From positions 1,632,001 to 1,696,000 of the forward strand of contig CAWCYI010000004.1 in the NCBI GenBank assembly GCA_963799845.1: a stretch of 64,000 nucleotides of DNA, given 5' to 3'. Source of the DNA: an uncultured Nitrososphaerota archaeon (GTDB lineage: Archaea; Thermoproteota; Nitrososphaeria; Nitrososphaerales; CADDZS01). Positions 1 to 11,428 of the stretch are shown here, piece by piece. Made by a program: the position numbers and the translations under genes. The notes below the pieces were generated by a model. The model had not been told where the DNA came from. It searched no databases and saw only the letters and a program-made list of their open reading frames with translations. Within the stretch, counting starts at the first letter, position 1. Each line of letters opens with the position of its first letter.

Positions 1-490
1 GTTTGAAGTGAAGCTTCACTTTCTCCAACGAATAGAATTCGCCATGAAAGGTGACTGTCTCACCGGATAACAGCAACCGGACGAGCTCAATCATTTCCTT
101 AATGTGTCCTAAAGGATGGCTGAACTCCTGCCCCGAGAATTCATTTGGAATACCGTGCTCGAGAGAACCGATAACGCCACCAGATCCAAGACCCATGACG
201 GCTCTTCCTCCAGAAAGCTCGTCAAGCGTCGCGATTGTCATCGCAACAAGACTCGGGTATCGAGTGTAAGGATTTACGACGCCCGTTCCAATTCTGATCT
301 TTCGTGTAGATTGTGCTATGGCACCCACGATCGAAGGCGCTTCCCGATCGTAATAATGTTCTGGGACAAATACGGAGTAAAATCCGCAATCTTCTGCAAG
401 TTTCGCGGCAGCTACCATTTCGCTAGCCGAATCAGGGCCTTGAGCAATCACGTAGCTGAGACCAAGAAGCTCCCGGGAAGATTCACTCAT
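1..490 (-). CDS. LLM-class (luciferase-like/Mer-like) flavin- or F420-dependent oxidoreductase, runs off the window edge
   Basis: Not on the ORF track. Manual translation from ATG at 490: MSESSRELLGLSYV...AEDCGFYSVFVPEHYYDRE...IRIGTGVVNPYTRYPSLVAMTIATLDELSGGRAVMGLGSG, typical LLM motifs. Confidence 0.9.
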   Translation of the reverse strand, partial: MSESSRELLGLSYVIAQGPDSASEMVAAAKLAEDCGFYSVFVPEHYYDREAPSIVGAIAQSTRKIRIGTGVVNPYTRYPSLVAMTIATLDELSGGRAVMGLGSGGVIGSLEHGIPNEFSGQEFSHPLGHIKEMIELVRLLLSGETVTFHGEFYSLEKVKLHFK

Positions 491-731
491 TTTCCGAAAC
501 TTTTCAAGAGTGCCATCAATAATAAATCCACCTACCGGAGCTTGAAAATTTACTGCCTCTGAAACAAGACTGTGGAGGATTGCTATTTGCTCATCTTGGC
601 CTTCGGGCTTCGTCTAGAACGGCTTTTTTATTCGTTCTGCCAACAATCACGCAAACCTGCCAAGATGCTCTAGAATGCGATTCTCTTTTGCGCTTAGTGC
701 AGGACGATAAGGTTTTGTAAGTGGGAACTGC

Positions 732-2099
732 CTAATCTTGCTTATTGCGTCTCTTCAAAGAAACATATTCATGAATTTGCTTTGCTGCTATCCGTGAATC
801 TCCTAGAGCTTTCACAACAGTGGCTCTTCCCCCAAAATTTGTAGCATCTCCGCCAGCAAAGACCCCGTCCTTCGAAGTTCGACAAAGCTGATCCACCGCA
901 ATAGAATTATTTGAATTCAACCTAAGACCCATTCTAGACAACAATCCCACATTAGGAACTTGTCCAACAGCGACGAGGACGATGTCCGCTTCAATGACAA
1001 ATTCTGTGCCCCCAAGGGTTTTCAGACCGGATGTCAATTTCACACATTCGACGCCAATTACACTTCGATCACCGATTATCCGGATTGGCATTGAACTATA
1101 GTAGAAATCTACATTTTCTTCTTCTGCAAATTTTGTTTCAACCGAGTACGCGGGCATTTCAGTCTTAGCTCGTCGGTAAATCAAAGATACTTTTTCGGCT
1201 TGCAGTCTTAGAGCGGTCGAGACGGCATCCATAGCCGTGTCTCCACCTCCAATGACCAGCACTTTCTTTCCTTTGTAGCTAGGAAGCGGCTTGTTTCTAG
1301 ATACTCTATCAATAACATCCTCCACCAATGGTAGTGCAGGGAATACTCCCTCCAGGCCTTCGCCCTCTATTTCCAACTTCTTAGGAATCCTCATTCCAGT
1401 TCCGAGGAAAATTGCATCAAATCCCGAGGAAAAAAGTCCATCGAGATTATCTATATTGTGCTCTGTTAAGAATTTGACTCCAAGTCTCTCAATGCACTGA
1501 ATATCGAATTCTGCAACAGCTGTCGGAAGTCTGGTCGTCATAATCCCAGTTCGAACCAGGCCACCTACTGTTTTCCTCGCTTCGAATACAGTGACTTCAT
1601 ACCCCATCTTCGCTAGATCAGCTGCAACTCCAAGCCCAGCAGGACCGCTTCCAATTATAGCGATTCTACAAGCAGCCTTTTGCATGTCCTGAAATTCTGG
1701 CAGCCCCATTTTTTCAATCTGATAATCAGCCACAAATCTTTGGAGCAATCCGATCGAAACTGGACCGGCTTTCTCGTGCCAGACGCAAGAACCTTCGCAC
1801 AGTATTTCAACTGGGCAAACTCTGGCACAAACATTCGGAAGATTATTTGTGAGACGGATGACCTTGATTGCTCCTTCAAAGTCACACGTTCGTATTCTGT
1901 CAATGAATCTAGGGATGTCTATCTCCGTCGGACAGGCCTTAACACAAGGAGCATCTTGACACAGTACGCATCTTGAAGCTTCTAACACAGCCTCTTGTTG
2001 AGTGTAGCTCTTTGTGATCTCGTCAAAGTTTTTCACTCGGTCTTCAGGAAGAAGAATTTTTTCTTGAGTTCTCCTAAGTTGGATGAGGGAGTCCATCAA
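732..2099 (-). CDS. GltD/SudA/PreT-like NAD(P)H-dependent Fe-S flavoprotein
   Basis: EASRCVLCQDAPCVKACP, CARVCPVEILCEGSC, IIGSGPAGL, VIGGGDTAMD, VFAGGDA. Confidence 0.9.
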   Translation of the reverse strand: MMDSLIQLRRTQEKILLPEDRVKNFDEITKSYTQQEAVLEASRCVLCQDAPCVKACPTEIDIPRFIDRIRTCDFEGAIKVIRLTNNLPNVCARVCPVEILCEGSCVWHEKAGPVSIGLLQRFVADYQIEKMGLPEFQDMQKAACRIAIIGSGPAGLGVAADLAKMGYEVTVFEARKTVGGLVRTGIMTTRLPTAVAEFDIQCIERLGVKFLTEHNIDNLDGLFSSGFDAIFLGTGMRIPKKLEIEGEGLEGVFPALPLVEDVIDRVSRNKPLPSYKGKKVLVIGGGDTAMDAVSTALRLQAEKVSLIYRRAKTEMPAYSVETKFAEEENVDFYYSSMPIRIIGDRSVIGVECVKLTSGLKTLGGTEFVIEADIVLVAVGQVPNVGLLSRMGLRLNSNNSIAVDQLCRTSKDGVFAGGDATNFGGRATVVKALGDSRIAAKQIHEYVSLKRRNKQD

Positions 2100-3842
2100 C
2101 GGTCTCTTCTTATCACTTCGAGTCCGAAATCATCCTCAATTGAATAATCAGGTTCCTCGTATGTGAGCTTGACAGGTCTGACGTCAGAATTCATTCGTTC
2201 ATCTTCCATCTTTTGTATGAAGATATTCTTTAGCCAATTCTTGTCGTCCCTATACCGGCTGTCCAGCCTGAAATGCGGTCCTCTACTTTCTTTTCGCATT
2301 TTAGCAGACTTGACTACCATATTACCCAAAGTCATCATGAATATGATCTCAAACGCATATCTCAAAGATCGCGAATCAATTGCCATTAAGTTTGGCAAAG
2401 TTTTTTCACTCATTAAATCTAATCCAGACTGGGCCCTTGCAAGTGATTCTTCGCTACGCAAGATTCCGGCATTTTCCCACATGATCTCTTTCAGCTTCAG
2501 CTTCGCGTCCTGCTGAGGAATTGGATTTGTTTTCTTTTTTAGCAAGCCATCTATTTGCTCTTGTTTTTCCTCGACGTCATCGAAGGTCAAGTTTGGCATT
2601 CCGATTTTTTTTGCCCTTTCCGCCGCGGCCTTGCCGGCTCTCGGACCGAAGACTATTCCATCGGCAAGACCATGTCCACCCAGACGGGAGGCTCCATGAA
2701 CACCTCCTGTGACCATCCCGCAAGCATATAATCCTGGAAGATCAGTTTCGCAGTTCGAGTTGATTTTAACCCCGCCCAAAAATGAGATGCATCCCGGAAA
2801 CACGTGAAGCATTTTCTTCTTAACATCAAACCCTCGCAACAATGCTCTTCTGGTGTAGACAGACGCGATGTCTGCCGACCACTTTTCGTCGGGAACCACA
2901 GTGAGATCAAAGAGGTACAGCGCCTTGGTCGCCCCGTCCTTCGTGCACTTCCATTGCCATCGCCCTGGATACTAGTTCCCGAGTATCGGTCAGATGTTTT
3001 CCATATCGTTTGTGAAATGGGTCGCTTTCTGCTCCAATTCGTCGGAGGTAGTTATCCAAGAAAGGTTCTCCTCGGCTGTTTCTCAGGATGCCATAAAATT
3101 CCGCCTCGCTTTCGTGTCTATCCATCATCGGCAGACCCCTCTCTGCCATTACAAATGGCTCGAACATTACGAACTCCATATCGAGCATCGAAGCTCCGGC
3201 TTCATAAGCTAGAACGTAACCGTCACCAGTAGTGTTAGCAGTAGTATCGTTTCTGAGATACAGCTCTCCGCCTTCGCCAGCAGCCAGTATCGTGGATTTT
3301 GCAGCGAATAAGATCAAATCATCCTCAAAAATATCAATCCCCAACGCTCCAACAACCGCATTTCCATGCTTGACAAGCTGTATTATCATAGTTCCCTCCT
3401 TAGTCATCACACCAGTTTTCTTGGCAGTATCAATTAGGGGCTTCATGAGCCCGTGTCCGTGCGGATAAGGTGTGTAGTGATAGATCTCTCCCACATGCTC
3501 TACTCCGAACTTTTCGAGCTCCATAATTCTCTCAGGAGCGTCAAAGCAAAGGACTTTGGCTAGCTCCTGATCATTCAAGTATTCACCATGAATCAAGGTT
3601 CGGTTGAACGCAACTTTGGGATCTGGAAACTGCCCGGTGTAATACGTCGTGAGTGCGGGAAGCGCTGCCTTAATTCCGCCTCCTGAGAATCTGGAAGCAT
3701 TGTTAAGACCGATTAGAGCCTTGTCTACAACAAGAACGGAGACACCTTCTGCCTGAGCCTCGATCGCGGCCCTCATTCCTCCCACACCGCTTCCGATAAC
3801 CAACACGTCTGTAGGTACTATCCGCAGATTCCTGAAAACCAT
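2096..3842 (-). CDS. SdhA/FrdA/NadB/AprA-family FAD-binding flavoprotein (frameshift near 2915)
   Basis: DVLVIGSGVGGMRAA, TTGDG, GLYACG...GGVHGASRLGG, RKESRGPHFR. Removing one C near 2915 gives GAVLFDLTVVPDEKW and joins the two ORFs. Confidence 0.85.
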
Positions 3843-3902
3843 GATCTGGAACTTGCGAATGTAAATTCCATATATATCCGTTCTAGGAAATAATTCGACA
3901 AA

Positions 3903-4172
3903 ATGGAAACATTGTCAAATCAACTCCGATTCAATCTAGAGATTCTAGAGTCAAAATGTGTCGGATGCGCTCAATGTGTTGAGGTCTGCCCCATTCCATG
4001 TTACGCAATGGATGAAAAGAGGAGTCGAGCCGTTGTGATCAATGTTGACGGATGTATTGTTTGTCGAAGTTGCGAAGACGTTTGTCCAACAGATGCCGTT
4101 TTTGTCGCGCTAGAGAACCGGGACTGGGCCCGGTTGGAAAAGACTAAACAAACTAGCGCAAAAAGAAATTGA
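3903..4172 (+). CDS. 2x[4Fe-4S] ferredoxin
   Basis: CVGCAQCVEVCP and CIVCRSCEDVCP. Confidence 0.92.
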   Translation: METLSNQLRFNLEILESKCVGCAQCVEVCPIPCYAMDEKRSRAVVINVDGCIVCRSCEDVCPTDAVFVALENRDWARLEKTKQTSAKRN

Positions 4173-4855
4173 TTGTGATTGTAGAAAAGAAGAAAGATGA
4201 ACGTGAAGCCAATGAGAAGCTTGGTGATAGGGTTTTTCGAAAATATGTAGAAGCTAACCAACTGTTCTATTTCTTCTATCCCTCTCTAAAGAGCATATTT
4301 GCTTCAATGGAGAAATCTCCAAAGCTTGAAGTGAATATATATAGTACAATCAATAACATAGCCGAAATACCAAACCCCCAACCACGAATTTCAGAGTTTT
4401 AGTCTTCAATAATTATTGGTGTTTTACTAAAAAAGATCAGAAACAACAACCAAGAAATAATCTATTAATCAGACAAACTAAATCCCAACCGCCATGAAAT
4501 ACCGTATCGACGCTAATCCAAAATATCAAAGGTTATGAGGCCATCATTTACAGAGACATTCCGGAATCAGAACAATCGAAAAGCACAACAATTGGAATGA
4601 GAAAATTATTTTCAATAGAGAACGCTTATCTCAAAATCAAAGAAGAAATAAAAGACCAAAGTGCCTTTCAGATTCATCGAATCGAAGAAGTACCAGCCCA
4701 AGAAGTGACCTGCGTCCAAATTAGGTTAACAGTCCCAAGCTCAGGTCGATAGCCTCTCGTGAATTCTTGATCGCTTCCAAGCCAGCTCCCCTTTTGCTGG
4801 AAATATGTGCTGTGCTTTCGAGCAGTCTTTCGACCGACGAACAGTTTTGATCTGC

Positions 4856-6028
4856 TCAGATTATCCCATGTCTGCGAAGCTCTTCAATTTGGTTGTCATT
4901 GTAACCGATCTTGTGAAGAACCTCTTCCGTGTGCTGGCCTAGGGTCGGAGGACCCTTGCTCTCTTTTCCAGAAAAGTTAAGTGATCTAAGAGGACTATTT
5001 ACGGCTAGAAATTTTCCAACGCCGGAATAGCTTGTCTCGGTGATCGTTTCTCTGAGAGTTAGGGAGGGATCATTCATTATCATATCGATGGTATTTACCG
5101 GCGCGCAGGGTATCCCCGCCAAAACCAATTTTTCCAAAAGCAACTCCCGTTCCCAGCTCTCTGTTACCTTTTCTATTATCGCAGCCAATTCTTTCATGTT
5201 GCGCACCCGAGCCGCATTTGTAGAATATCTATCCTCTCCAGCAAGCCCAGATAAGCCTAGAATCTGGCATAATTTCTTCCAGAATTCGTCATTTGATGCG
5301 CCTATGAAGACATAAGTTTCATTTCTAGTTTTGAACACCTGATAAGGCGCAAGAGCTGGCCATTCATTTCCCATCCTGATAGGAACTTTGCCTGTTATCG
5401 AACAGTAAGCGACCCAGTAATTCACAAGGCTCAGGGCAGAGTCAAATAGTGAGATGTCTATAAATCGCCCTTCTCCACTTTTCTCTCTTTCAAATAAAGC
5501 AAGTAATATCCCGCTGAGTGCATAAACACCTGCAGTCAGATCGACGATTGAAGTTCCCACCCGCATTGGTGGTCTATCCGGATCTCCCGTTATAGTCATC
5601 AAACCGGACATCGCCTGCAAAGCAGCATCCCAAGCTGGGCGATCTCTGTTTGAAGTGTCCTTTCCAAAACCGGAAATGGAGCAATAGATTATCCGGGGAT
5701 TTACTCTTCTAAGCTCGCTATAGCCGAGGCTGAGTTTTTCCATGAGGCCTGGGGCAAAGTTTTCTACGAAGATATCGCTTTCCCCTGCCAGTTTCAACAG
5801 AATTTCTTTGCCTCTCTCTGTTTTCAGGTTGAGTGTTACACTTTTCTTATTCCTGTTTTCAGTGACGAATACAGCACTCCCGAAGAATGGATACGTTCGT
5901 GAAGTGTCTCCGCCTTCAGGATTCTCTATTTTGATGACTTCAGCACCAAGACTAGCGAGAAGCTCGGTGGCCCAAGGCCCAGCAATCTGGTGAGTTACAT
6001 CGAGACACTTTATTCCATTGAGGCTCAT
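4856..6028 (-). CDS. CaiB/BaiF family (class III) CoA-transferase
   Basis: IAGPWAT...LGAEVIKIE, NRNKKSVTLNLK, DIFVENFAPG, PPTLGQHT. Confidence 0.95.
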   Translation of the reverse strand: MSLNGIKCLDVTHQIAGPWATELLASLGAEVIKIENPEGGDTSRTYPFFGSAVFVTENRNKKSVTLNLKTERGKEILLKLAGESDIFVENFAPGLMEKLSLGYSELRRVNPRIIYCSISGFGKDTSNRDRPAWDAALQAMSGLMTITGDPDRPPMRVGTSIVDLTAGVYALSGILLALFEREKSGEGRFIDISLFDSALSLVNYWVAYCSITGKVPIRMGNEWPALAPYQVFKTRNETYVFIGASNDEFWKKLCQILGLSGLAGEDRYSTNAARVRNMKELAAIIEKVTESWERELLLEKLVLAGIPCAPVNTIDMIMNDPSLTLRETITETSYSGVGKFLAVNSPLRSLNFSGKESKGPPTLGQHTEEVLHKIGYNDNQIEELRRHGII

Positions 6029-6181
6029 GTTTTCATGTCGGCAAGTTTCCTAGAATTATAGTTTGAGCATTTACCTGATCGTGGTTCCCATTAGAACGGG
6101 GATTTTGAACCGAGTTATCCCAATCTCGCCAGCAATTTTGGCAAGCAATGATCTCAGCCTTAAATAAGAAAACTCGAAAAA

Positions 6182-7240
6182 ATGCAAACTGTTGACTCGC
6201 TAGCTTTGAAGTTCGGAATCAGTCTCATGGGTGTTTACGACACTCCAAACTACCTTGATGATACGACCCGTTTTGTCAAATTCATCGAGCAGAAGGGGTT
6301 TGATCAGGTTTGGGTCGGAGATTCCCAGCTAATCCACAGAGACGCCTACACAGAACTCGCACGGTGGGCTATGAACACGAATCGAATCAAGATAGGCCCA
6401 CTTGTAACAAATCCTGCGACAAGGCATCCTTCGGTGACAGCTTCCGCGATCTGTTCCATCGACGAGATATCAAACGGAAGAGCTCTTCTGGCAATCGGGA
6501 CCGGCGAAACTGCAGTGAGGAGAGTAGGTATCAAGACGAGACCGGTCCACGAGCTTGAAAGCGCTATCAATACTATACGAACGCTTTGCTTAGGGCAGGA
6601 GGTGGATTTTGGAGGAACCTCGATGGGGATTCGATGGAATAAAGGAAGGAATATTCCGATCTACGTAACGGGAAGTGGTCCTAAGGTTCTGAAGCTTGCA
6701 GGAAGAGTTGGCGACGGTGCAATAATCAATACCGGCGCAACTGAAGAAACTGTGAAATTCAGCATTGAGAAAGTAAAACAAGGACTCAGCGAGGCAAATC
6801 GAAATCCAAAGGATGTCGAAATTGCCCTGTTCCTGTTCGCTTCGGTAGCAGACGACAGACGACTAGCAATCGAGGAAGCAAAGCCGTTCGCCACGTGGTT
6901 CTTTGTGAACTTACCCAATCACCCTTCAGTTGCAAGTGAGCGACTATCTCCCAACGCCAGGGAAGCTTTCGAAGAATACCGCAAGCACTACTACAAGTAC
7001 GACGAAGAAGTCAGTCATCACGCGCCACGCTGGGATAACGCTTCTTCAAATGCTTCTTTCTTGGACGATGAAATCGTGAGAAAGTTTACTCTTGCTGGAA
7101 ATCCGGAAGATGCCATTCATCAATTGAAAGAACTCGAGAGGCTGGGAATAGAATCTTACATTTTTCGAGTCGGCTATTCCGAAAATTTCGAGAGGCAATT
7201 GCAGCTAATTGCAGAACACATCATTCCGCAATTTCGATGA
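6182..7240 (+). CDS. LLM-class oxidoreductase (Mer-like)
   Basis: GFDQVWVGDSQ, VTNPATRHPSVTASAICSIDEISNGRALLAIGTG, GPKVLKLAGRVGDG. Confidence 0.92.
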   Translation: MQTVDSLALKFGISLMGVYDTPNYLDDTTRFVKFIEQKGFDQVWVGDSQLIHRDAYTELARWAMNTNRIKIGPLVTNPATRHPSVTASAICSIDEISNGRALLAIGTGETAVRRVGIKTRPVHELESAINTIRTLCLGQEVDFGGTSMGIRWNKGRNIPIYVTGSGPKVLKLAGRVGDGAIINTGATEETVKFSIEKVKQGLSEANRNPKDVEIALFLFASVADDRRLAIEEAKPFATWFFVNLPNHPSVASERLSPNAREAFEEYRKHYYKYDEEVSHHAPRWDNASSNASFLDDEIVRKFTLAGNPEDAIHQLKELERLGIESYIFRVGYSENFERQLQLIAEHIIPQFR

Positions 7241-7283
7241 TGGCCATAAATGCTGCGGCCTCAACGACTGTATTATCTCTTCC

Positions 7284-8061
7284 TCAATTGTGGTGTTGGC
7301 TTCCCTTGTCAGGTTTCAGGTCCATCTTGAGCGCATAAATCGAGTTCACTACAGCCTTTTCGAAAAATCTACGGGCATAGTCCTTAGTCGCCCCGTGAGG
7401 GTCACCACCTGCTCCGGTGTCTGTAAAGTCTTCCCAGTATCTTGCCCCCCACCAGCTTCTGGTGATCTTTAATGGCTTAAGGTGCGGCACTCTCAACCTT
7501 TCACGCCTCACCAAATCCGGTCTAACTTGAGAAAGCAGAGCTGTTTCTGAGTCGCCCGCATGATTCACTCGCATCGGCGCGAGTTTCTCTGCGATACCGG
7601 ATTTCTTCGGATAAGTCGCCATAAGATGACCAGTTTAGGAGGTGGGTTTGAAGCTCGACATCTCTCTCGATACGGTCAGCGGCCAACTGCAAGACCGGAT
7701 TGTTGCCACCGTGGGCGTTGATTATGAGAAATCTTCTCGCACCATGTCTCTTCAGTGACCGAGCTATGTCGAGAAGCACGCTCTCAAGCGTGTGAGGATG
7801 AAGCGTAATTGTCCCTGGGAAGTTTTGGTGCTCCTCGGAATATCCCAGCCACAGTGTGGGTAAAAGAATAATTTTGATACCTTTTGTTTCCGCTTCTTCG
7901 ACTAATCTCTTAGCAAAATATTCGCCGACTATGGAATCTGTGAGTAGCGGAAGGTGAGGCGCGTGTTGCTCGATGGATCCTGTGACAAGTGCTACGAAAT
8001 CGGATTTCTTGTACGTCCTATTCGCTTCCTCCCAAGTCATCTCCCCAGGTAAGTATTGCAA
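7284..8061 (-). CDS. Creatininase family amidohydrolase (frameshifted)
   Basis: GSIEQHAPHLPLLTD, SEEHQNFPGT, NAHGGN in ORF 7522-8061; HAGDSETA and GDPHGATKDY in ORF 7284-7622. Confidence 0.9.
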
Positions 8062-8138
8062 CGAATTTGGGCAACCGGACTCGAAACATGTATGCTATTC
8101 GGTTTAGAAATCAGAGTCTCAAGTTAAAGACTCTACGA

Positions 8139-8836
8139 TCAAGAAGAAAGTAACCTTCCGAACCCCTGCACCTTTGCAGTCGACTTCATCTTTTTGAGGC
8201 AAGCCCACATGGCCGCTTGGTTACTCGTGATCACAGTTACGCCGAGTTTCTTTTCAAGATCTGATATGATTTCAACGACCCTAATGCCGGCGCAACTTAT
8301 GAAGAGTCCATCCGAGTTTTCTGCAAAATTATCCAAAGAATAATCGTACCAGAATGATGGTTTTCTCAGGGCTTGTTCGAACGGATCGGTTATGTTCGCC
8401 CCTAAACTCTTGATCACTTCTATACCGTTGTCCCTAAGATACTTGACCTCCATTTCTGTAATCATCTTTGGATATGCCGTGACGAGAGAGATCTTTTCAC
8501 TCCAAGATGTTCGAGTGCCATCAGCACTCCCGTAGCAGTCGTCATTGAAGGGATGCCAGTTTTTGCTTCCATCTTGTCTATGAGCTTCTTGTCATATCCA
8601 TGGCCTCTGACGAGGCTCCCAGTCGTGCAGTTGAATAATATGAGGTCCACGCCGGCCTGTGATAGGAGATCTGCGGCATCTTCGAGATGGTTTTCCATCT
8701 CGAGAAGCTGGGATATCTCTTCACTTGTGAAACTTATCCGCGTGACGTGAACTTCGACACCTTCGGGGGCGAGCTTTTCAAATTCCTTCTCGCTTCGACC
8801 TGCCGCGGGATAAATCATTCCGATTCTTAGTGTCAT
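8139..8836 (-). CDS. Maleate isomerase/arylmalonate decarboxylase/EutA-like Asp-Glu racemase family protein (frameshifted)
   Basis: RIGMIYP, ILFNCTTGS, DGLFISCAG, VITSNQAAMW, spread across two adjacent ORFs. Confidence 0.88.
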
Positions 8837-8851
8837 CCTATGAGCCGACCG

Positions 8852-9259
8852 TTACTTCGATATTTGTTGGTTTTGCGCTTCTTTCTCTTCTTCTTTGGAA
8901 ATAGCGTACATGGAGTTAGGTCCGACCACCGCTAGGATAACCAGTGAAACGTTCAACAGATTTTGGACGAAATGTTTCTTGTTTGGCGGAACATATGCTA
9001 GAGAACCCTCACCAATTTCACGTACTTCCGAGCCAATGCCGATTCTTGCCTTGCCTTTTACAATAAAATAAGCGTGATCCCATGGATGGAAGTGTTCCTC
9101 GGCATATCCTCCCGGCTCAATCACGCTGTAAGTGATTTTGTAATTCGTTGACGGCGGAGTGTCGAGTAGAATTTTAGATTCCGAAAAGCCGACATGATCT
9201 GAATTGGGAACATAACTGGGTGCCGATTGCAATTCCCTGAATAGTTCCATTTTTCCCAA
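8852..9259 (-). CDS. Cupin domain protein
   Basis: PGGYAEEHFHPWDHAYFIVKGKA...YVPPNKKH. Confidence 0.9.
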   Translation of the reverse strand: MGKMELFRELQSAPSYVPNSDHVGFSESKILLDTPPSTNYKITYSVIEPGGYAEEHFHPWDHAYFIVKGKARIGIGSEVREIGEGSLAYVPPNKKHFVQNLLNVSLVILAVVGPNSMYAISKEEEKEAQNQQISK

Positions 9260-9329
9260 GTTCGCTTGATTTTTATTCCACTATGAATTTTTCGATGACC
9301 TTGTCTACCTCATTTTCAGTCAAGAGAAT

Positions 9330-10370
9330 TTACTTAATTCTTATTTCTCTCCCCGTTTCTAGAGATTTATATGCCGATTCTACAAGCTGATTCACGGCTT
9401 TCGCATCTTCACCGCAGGTCACTGGAGTACGGTCGTAATTGATGCTATTTACAAGGTCATCAATCATGTTCCAGACAGCTATACCTTCATATCTTCCCGA
9501 AAGTTCTGTTTCGACAAGATCTCTACCAACATTCGGTTCTTCTCCTGTGGTTATGGAAAGAGCTTTTTTCTGTATTAGGATCTTTATTTCTCCCCTTGAT
9601 CCCACGATTTTCAGGATGAGATCGTCAGTCCTTCCAGAACTCGGTCTGCAGTAGCTCCCATCTATCGTAGCGACAGCCCCATTTGGGTACGTCACTAGCA
9701 GATCAAAGTTGTCCTCGACCTCGAATGAATTAGATAGGTTCTTCGCCCTAATTGCATAGACTGAGGACGGTCGGTGTCCAACGTACCACTGTGAGAGATC
9801 AGCTATGTGAACCGAGTGCTCGAGGAGTGAACCTCTTCCGCCGGTTGCTTTGGAACTCGCAAGCCACGGAGACAAAATCTTGACAGATCCAATGTCCACA
9901 CGATTTTCTCCTTCTAGAAATTTTACATCTCCGATCCTATTGGCTCGCACGACCTTCATTGCCTCGAGCGCCTCTGGAGTGTATCTGGACAAATAACCAA
10001 CCTGCAGCTTGACACCGGAACTGTCGCAGGCTCTGATTATCTCTTCGGATTCTCGCGGGTTGATTCCCAGAGGCTTGTCGCAAAGTACATGTTTGTGGGA
10101 TTTCGCAAGTTCGATAGCTAGCCACTTTTTCGACGCATTTTCGCTTGTCACTACCCCAACATCCAAGCTTTGCTCATTCAGAAAATCTTCGAGATCGGAG
10201 TAGACAGGCAGATGAAAATTCTTCCCAAACTCAGTCGCAAGCTTCTCATCGGAATCATAGATCCCGATTAATCTGCCCAGCGGGTGGCGCTTTATTGCCG
10301 AGGCGAAGGAACGGGAGTGGTGATGGGCGACACCAAAAATGCCAAAATTCAGCTTTCTCGTTAGGATCAA
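9330..10370 (-). CDS. Gfo/Idh/MocA oxidoreductase
   Basis: KHVLCDKPLG, GSLLEHSVHIADL, VEDNF. Confidence 0.9.
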   Translation of the reverse strand: MILTRKLNFGIFGVAHHHSRSFASAIKRHPLGRLIGIYDSDEKLATEFGKNFHLPVYSDLEDFLNEQSLDVGVVTSENASKKWLAIELAKSHKHVLCDKPLGINPRESEEIIRACDSSGVKLQVGYLSRYTPEALEAMKVVRANRIGDVKFLEGENRVDIGSVKILSPWLASSKATGGRGSLLEHSVHIADLSQWYVGHRPSSVYAIRAKNLSNSFEVEDNFDLLVTYPNGAVATIDGSYCRPSSGRTDDLILKIVGSRGEIKILIQKKALSITTGEEPNVGRDLVETELSGRYEGIAVWNMIDDLVNSINYDRTPVTCGEDAKAVNQLVESAYKSLETGREIRIK

Positions 10371-10379
10371 CCCAATAGG

Positions 10380-11303
10380 TCAAATAGAAACTGGTTTTTC
10401 TTCCTTAGAAGAATCTTCAATCGCCTCGGCGAGCCTGTAGGTGGAAAGATCCACCGATCCAGCACTGTCTCCATTTAGAAAATCGGAAAACATCCGGGAT
10501 AGTACCTCCAGTGAAGAAGCCGAGATCATTGTATCGGAGTATTCAACATTCCTCGGCAATTCCAACGTTTTGCTTTCGTTGAACGAAATCATCCCATCCG
10601 TTCCATTAATCGAGAATTCGAGCTTACCTTCCTTTGCAGAATGTCCCGCGATCAGCTGACAACTGGAACCGTTCTCAAAGGTAAGGAGAGCCACGTAGAA
10701 ATTAGAATAATTAGTTTCTATCTTTTTAGCGAAGACCTTCTCTACTTTTGGGCGGCCGAGCAATATTTCGGCACAGCTAATTCCGTTCAGCAGACCCTGG
10801 AAAAGCGAAAAATCAGACAGGCCCACATTTTCATGGCCTAGGGTTTCAAGTCTTAGTATCCTCGGAGACCCAATTCTCCCATTGGAAATCAGATTTACTG
10901 CCTTGGAAATGAGTGGGTGATATTTCATTGGATCAAGTACGCTTAACCGCGCATTCCCAGTCTTCGCTGTCAATTCCTTCATAATTCGTTGTGCTGTTTC
11001 ATATTTGTTGGAAACTGCACCACTGACAATAGTCGTACTTCCCAACCGAAGGGATTGATCTATCAAATGCTCCCTTTCGGGAAAGCTTGTACTACAGATG
11101 TCAAGACAGACTCCATCATGCAAGCCTAGTGGTACTTTTTCTGGGGGAACACTCTTCGCGGCCGCCCCAACCAGCTTCCATGCTCTAACATGACGCCTGC
11201 TCTGGATCGGATTGCCTACGACGAGAACGCGGCTAAATTCTAATCCTTTCCGCTCTGAGACATCCTCCCTTATCATTGAAAGAGACCTGTGAATCGTCCA
11301 CAT
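10380..11303 (-). CDS. Divergent Gfo/Idh/MocA-like protein, possibly non-catalytic
   Basis: KYHPLISKAVNLISNGRIGSP, LLTFENGSSCQL and EFSINGTDGMI resemble the Gfo C-terminal domain; the EKP and GxGxxG motifs are absent. Confidence 0.6.
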   Translation of the reverse strand: MWTIHRSLSMIREDVSERKGLEFSRVLVVGNPIQSRRHVRAWKLVGAAAKSVPPEKVPLGLHDGVCLDICSTSFPEREHLIDQSLRLGSTTIVSGAVSNKYETAQRIMKELTAKTGNARLSVLDPMKYHPLISKAVNLISNGRIGSPRILRLETLGHENVGLSDFSLFQGLLNGISCAEILLGRPKVEKVFAKKIETNYSNFYVALLTFENGSSCQLIAGHSAKEGKLEFSINGTDGMISFNESKTLELPRNVEYSDTMISASSLEVLSRMFSDFLNGDSAGSVDLSTYRLAEAIEDSSKEEKPVSI

Positions 11304-11428
11304 TCACTGGCCGTTAGATAAACGATTTTACCCGGGTTACGTTTTCTTGAGGGAACCAATGACGATGTCCAATTCTTTAAGTAGGGAAACTTCGGCAGGC
11401 GATAGACTGTCGCCCGATCAAGGGATTT

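Noticed and set aside
116-562. Plus-strand 148-aa ORF and the many other antisense ORFs overlapping real genes
   Set aside because: Shadow ORFs; the opposite strand encodes recognisable proteins.
4169-4730. AT-rich tract with a 77-aa ORF after the ferredoxin
   Set aside because: Looks like decayed foreign coding sequence, but no family, repeat or boundary is recognisable.
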